A stretch of 29,368 bases of DNA from an uncultured bacterium. Its GTDB lineage: Bacteria > Planctomycetota > Phycisphaerae > Phycisphaerales > SM1A02. Below, piece by piece: positions 24,001 to 27,000 of the stretch (within the stretch, counting starts at the first letter, position 1; the number at the start of each line of letters is the position of its first letter). The stretch lies in the NCBI GenBank assembly GCA_903918555.1, contig CAIXEV010000627.1, forward strand, positions 1-29,368, in the 5' to 3' direction. Below the pieces are notes generated by a model. It made no database searches. It was not told the DNA's origin and worked only from the letters and a program-made list of their open reading frames with translations. The position numbers and the translations under genes were made by a program.

Positions 24001-27000
24001 TGCGGTCAACGAGGATGCGATCAACCTCGTCGGCAAGCAGGTGACGCTGACCACCGGCACCAACCGCGGCACCACCGCGCGCATCCTCGCCTACGACGCA
24101 CCGAGCAAGACCTACACGCTTGACCGGGATACGACCGTCGGCAGCGGCAACCGCTTCGACATCCAGTACGACATCACCTCGGAGTACCCGGCCTACGCGG
24201 CGAGTTCCGACACCTTCCAGGTCGTGCTGACCCGGGCGCCGACCGCGAATGTCACGCTCGACGTGACGCCGCAGGTTACCGCGACCTACAACTCAGACCT
24301 GGCCTTCTCGGCACGTGACAACTACGGCCAGACCGAGGGCATCCAGGTTGACACGGCCACCCCGCAGGCGAAGATCGAACTGACCGGAACCCCGGTCGCG
24401 GATCAGGTCTGGCGCCTCGCGCTGGGCGGCGTGAACTACGACTACACCGCATCGGCTGCGCCGACGCTGGCGAGCGTGGCCACCGGCCTGAAGGGCGTGA
24501 TCGACGCCGCCAACGCGGGCTATACCGTCACCGTCGCCAGCGGCACGCTCACCGTGAGCCGCTACGCGGGCGATGGCGCCGCGTTCACCGCGCTGCTGTC
24601 GATCCTGCCGTACTCCGAGGGCAGCGTCGCGATCACGCAGCTCGCCGCGACGCCCTGGAAGGCGGCGCTCGCGTTTGCCGGTCCGGTGCGGCAGGGCGAG
24701 GAGTGGAAGGTCAGGCTCAACGACGTCGACTACGCCTATACCGTGCAGTATGGCGACGACCTGGGCGCGGTAACGCTAGGGCTGTTCGAGCAGCTCAAGG
24801 CAGTGACGAGCCTGCGTGTCTCGCTCACCGGCCTGGAACTCACCGTCGCCACTGCCGATCGCACGACGCTGCTCGCCGCCAGCTACACGATCAAGGCCGC
24901 CGGGACGCCCGCGGTGGTGCTGCCTGCGGCGACCGCCGGCGCGACCGTGACCTCCCAGCTCGTCTTCTCGAGCGACGCGTTGCACGGGAACGGTTGGAAC
25001 AAGCAGCAGACGGTCACGGTCACCGCGCGTGACGATCGCATCCTCGAGGGGCACGACCTCAAGGTATTCCCGGCGATGGGCGAGCGGATCAACACCATCC
25101 GCGGTCCGCTGTTCATCGACGGCGGTGCGCAGTACTCGGATGCGAACGCCCTGAACGAGCCGTTCATGACGGCGGGCGAGACCAACCTGGTCCGGCCGAA
25201 CAGCACGATCGCCGCCTTCGGCACCACGACAGCGACGATCAACGGGCAGGCGACCACGGTAGCGACGCTGACCGATACGCGGATCACGCACGTCGATGCG
25301 GCGCGCGGCGAGATGCCGGGTCTCGATCCGCGCATGAACGATTACGCGTACCAGATCACGGTGATCAATTCGCCGGGCGTGGGCACGCCGATGGATCTGC
25401 TGCTGGGTGGTCTGAAGGGCGACACGCTGGCGGTGAAGGCCGAGGATGGCACCAGCACGCTGCAGGTGGTGTCGTTCAACGGCCCGGCGGGTGCCTCGGT
25501 CTCGGTGAAGGGCCGCGGCGACGCCGGCACGCTGTACTCGAAGGCGGATATCGTCCTCAAGGGCGACGTGTTCAAGGACAGCGTCTGGGAACTCAATGTC
25601 GGCGGCACTGCGTTCTCGTACACCGCGGGCAGCCGGCCGGGGGGCGCGACGGCGGACGACGCGCTCACGCTCGATATCGTCGCGCTGCGCCTGGGCAACG
25701 AGATCGCGGCGGCGGGGTTCACGGTCGTGCGCACCGGCTTCCTGCTCGAGATCAGCCGCGCAGCGTCCTTTGCCGCGAGCTTCACGCCGGGCAAGGGCAA
25801 CGCGACGATCCTCGGGACCCCGGCCAGCGACACCGGCGTCAGCTGGGCGGTGGCCGAGGTGAAGTTCGCGATGACCCAGCCGATCACGGCCGGCCAGGTC
25901 TGGAGCGTCACCCTGCTCAAGTCGGGCGGTGCCGAAACGAACCAGACCTACACCTACACGGCGCGTACCGGCGACGACCTGACGGCGGTCATCCTGGGCC
26001 TTGCCGACCAGATCGACATCAGCTCGCGTTACCACTCGGACATCAAGTACGAAACCGCCACGTTCACCACGAACTGGCCGGCGAGTCCCGCGGTGGCCAA
26101 CGGGCTGGGCTACTACATCACCCCGCTCAACCGCAACTTCCTGGCGGTCGAGGCGGACCAGGTCGACGTGCTCAATCTTTTCAACCGCGCGAGCGTCTCG
26201 GACGACGCGGGCGTGCTGACCGACTCGCGCCTCACCGGCTTTGGGATGGGCGGCGACACGGTGGTCGCCGGCAAGGCGGTTAAGGGTGGCATCAGCTACC
26301 AGGGGCTCGAGCAGCTGAACCTGATGCTGGGGTCCGGCAACGACCGGCTGACCGTCGAGTCGACGCATCTGGGCTCGACCACGATCACCAGCGCCGGCGG
26401 CAACGACACCATCACGATCAAGACGGTTGCCGGCCACACCTTCGTGGATACGGGCGCAGGCAGCGACGTGGTGAACGTCGGCAGCGACCTGAACGTGGTC
26501 GACCAGATTACCGGCTTGCTGGTGATCAGCCAGGGCGGCGACGGTGCCGGCGATGTGCTCAACGTGGTCGATTCCGGCGATGAGAACGCCAATACGGCGA
26601 CCCTGACCCAGAGCACGCTGACCGGTCTGGACATGCCCACGGTCGCGGAGGTCCAGACCATCCGGGTGCAGGCGAAGGAGGGCACGTTCCGCCTCGGCCT
26701 CGCGCCTGAACTGTATGTACCTGGCGCGCCGTACGGCGAGGCACAGACCATCACCTACGACAAGTCCGGTAGCGGCGCCGGCGTGTCTGACATCCAGACG
26801 AAGCTGCGCGTCCTGTATGGCACTTCCGACCTGATCGTGACCGAGGTCGGCCGCGAAATCGCGGCGGGAGAGACCGACGCGCGAGCGATCACCTACGCCC
26901 TTACCTTCACCGGTGCGAAGGCCGGCGTCGACATGCCGAAGGTCGTGTGGGCGGAGGCGCGCGCCGCGATCGACGTGTCGGCGCAGAAGCCACTCACCAA

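Larger units (their letters stand above)
17189..25051 (+). other. Calx-beta-like domain 3 in three pieces (17189-17250, 24209-24360, 24956-25051)
   Basis: DKDSAGVLVTQSGGDTRVIEP / DTFQVVLTRAPTANVTLDVTPQ / QLVFSSDALHGNGWNKQQTVTVTARDDRILEG. These match consecutive parts of intact domain 1. Confidence 0.6.
16571..26050 (+). repeat. About 24 copies of an unnamed ~95-110-aa beta/alpha repeat
   Basis: Consensus W/Y..A.(V/L).LSGTV.AG(D/E).W(T/S)V.L.G..Y.YTA...(T/S)L(A/D)DVA.GLA.AIN....Y.A......LTIT....FT. Copies start near 16740, 17420, 17715, 18725, 19100, 19390, 19715, 20055, 20350, 20650, 20930, 21190, 21530, 21830, 22110, 22400, 22690, 23030, 23340, 24360, 24655, 25535 and 25845, plus a split copy at 16571/17050. 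Confidence 0.85.
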
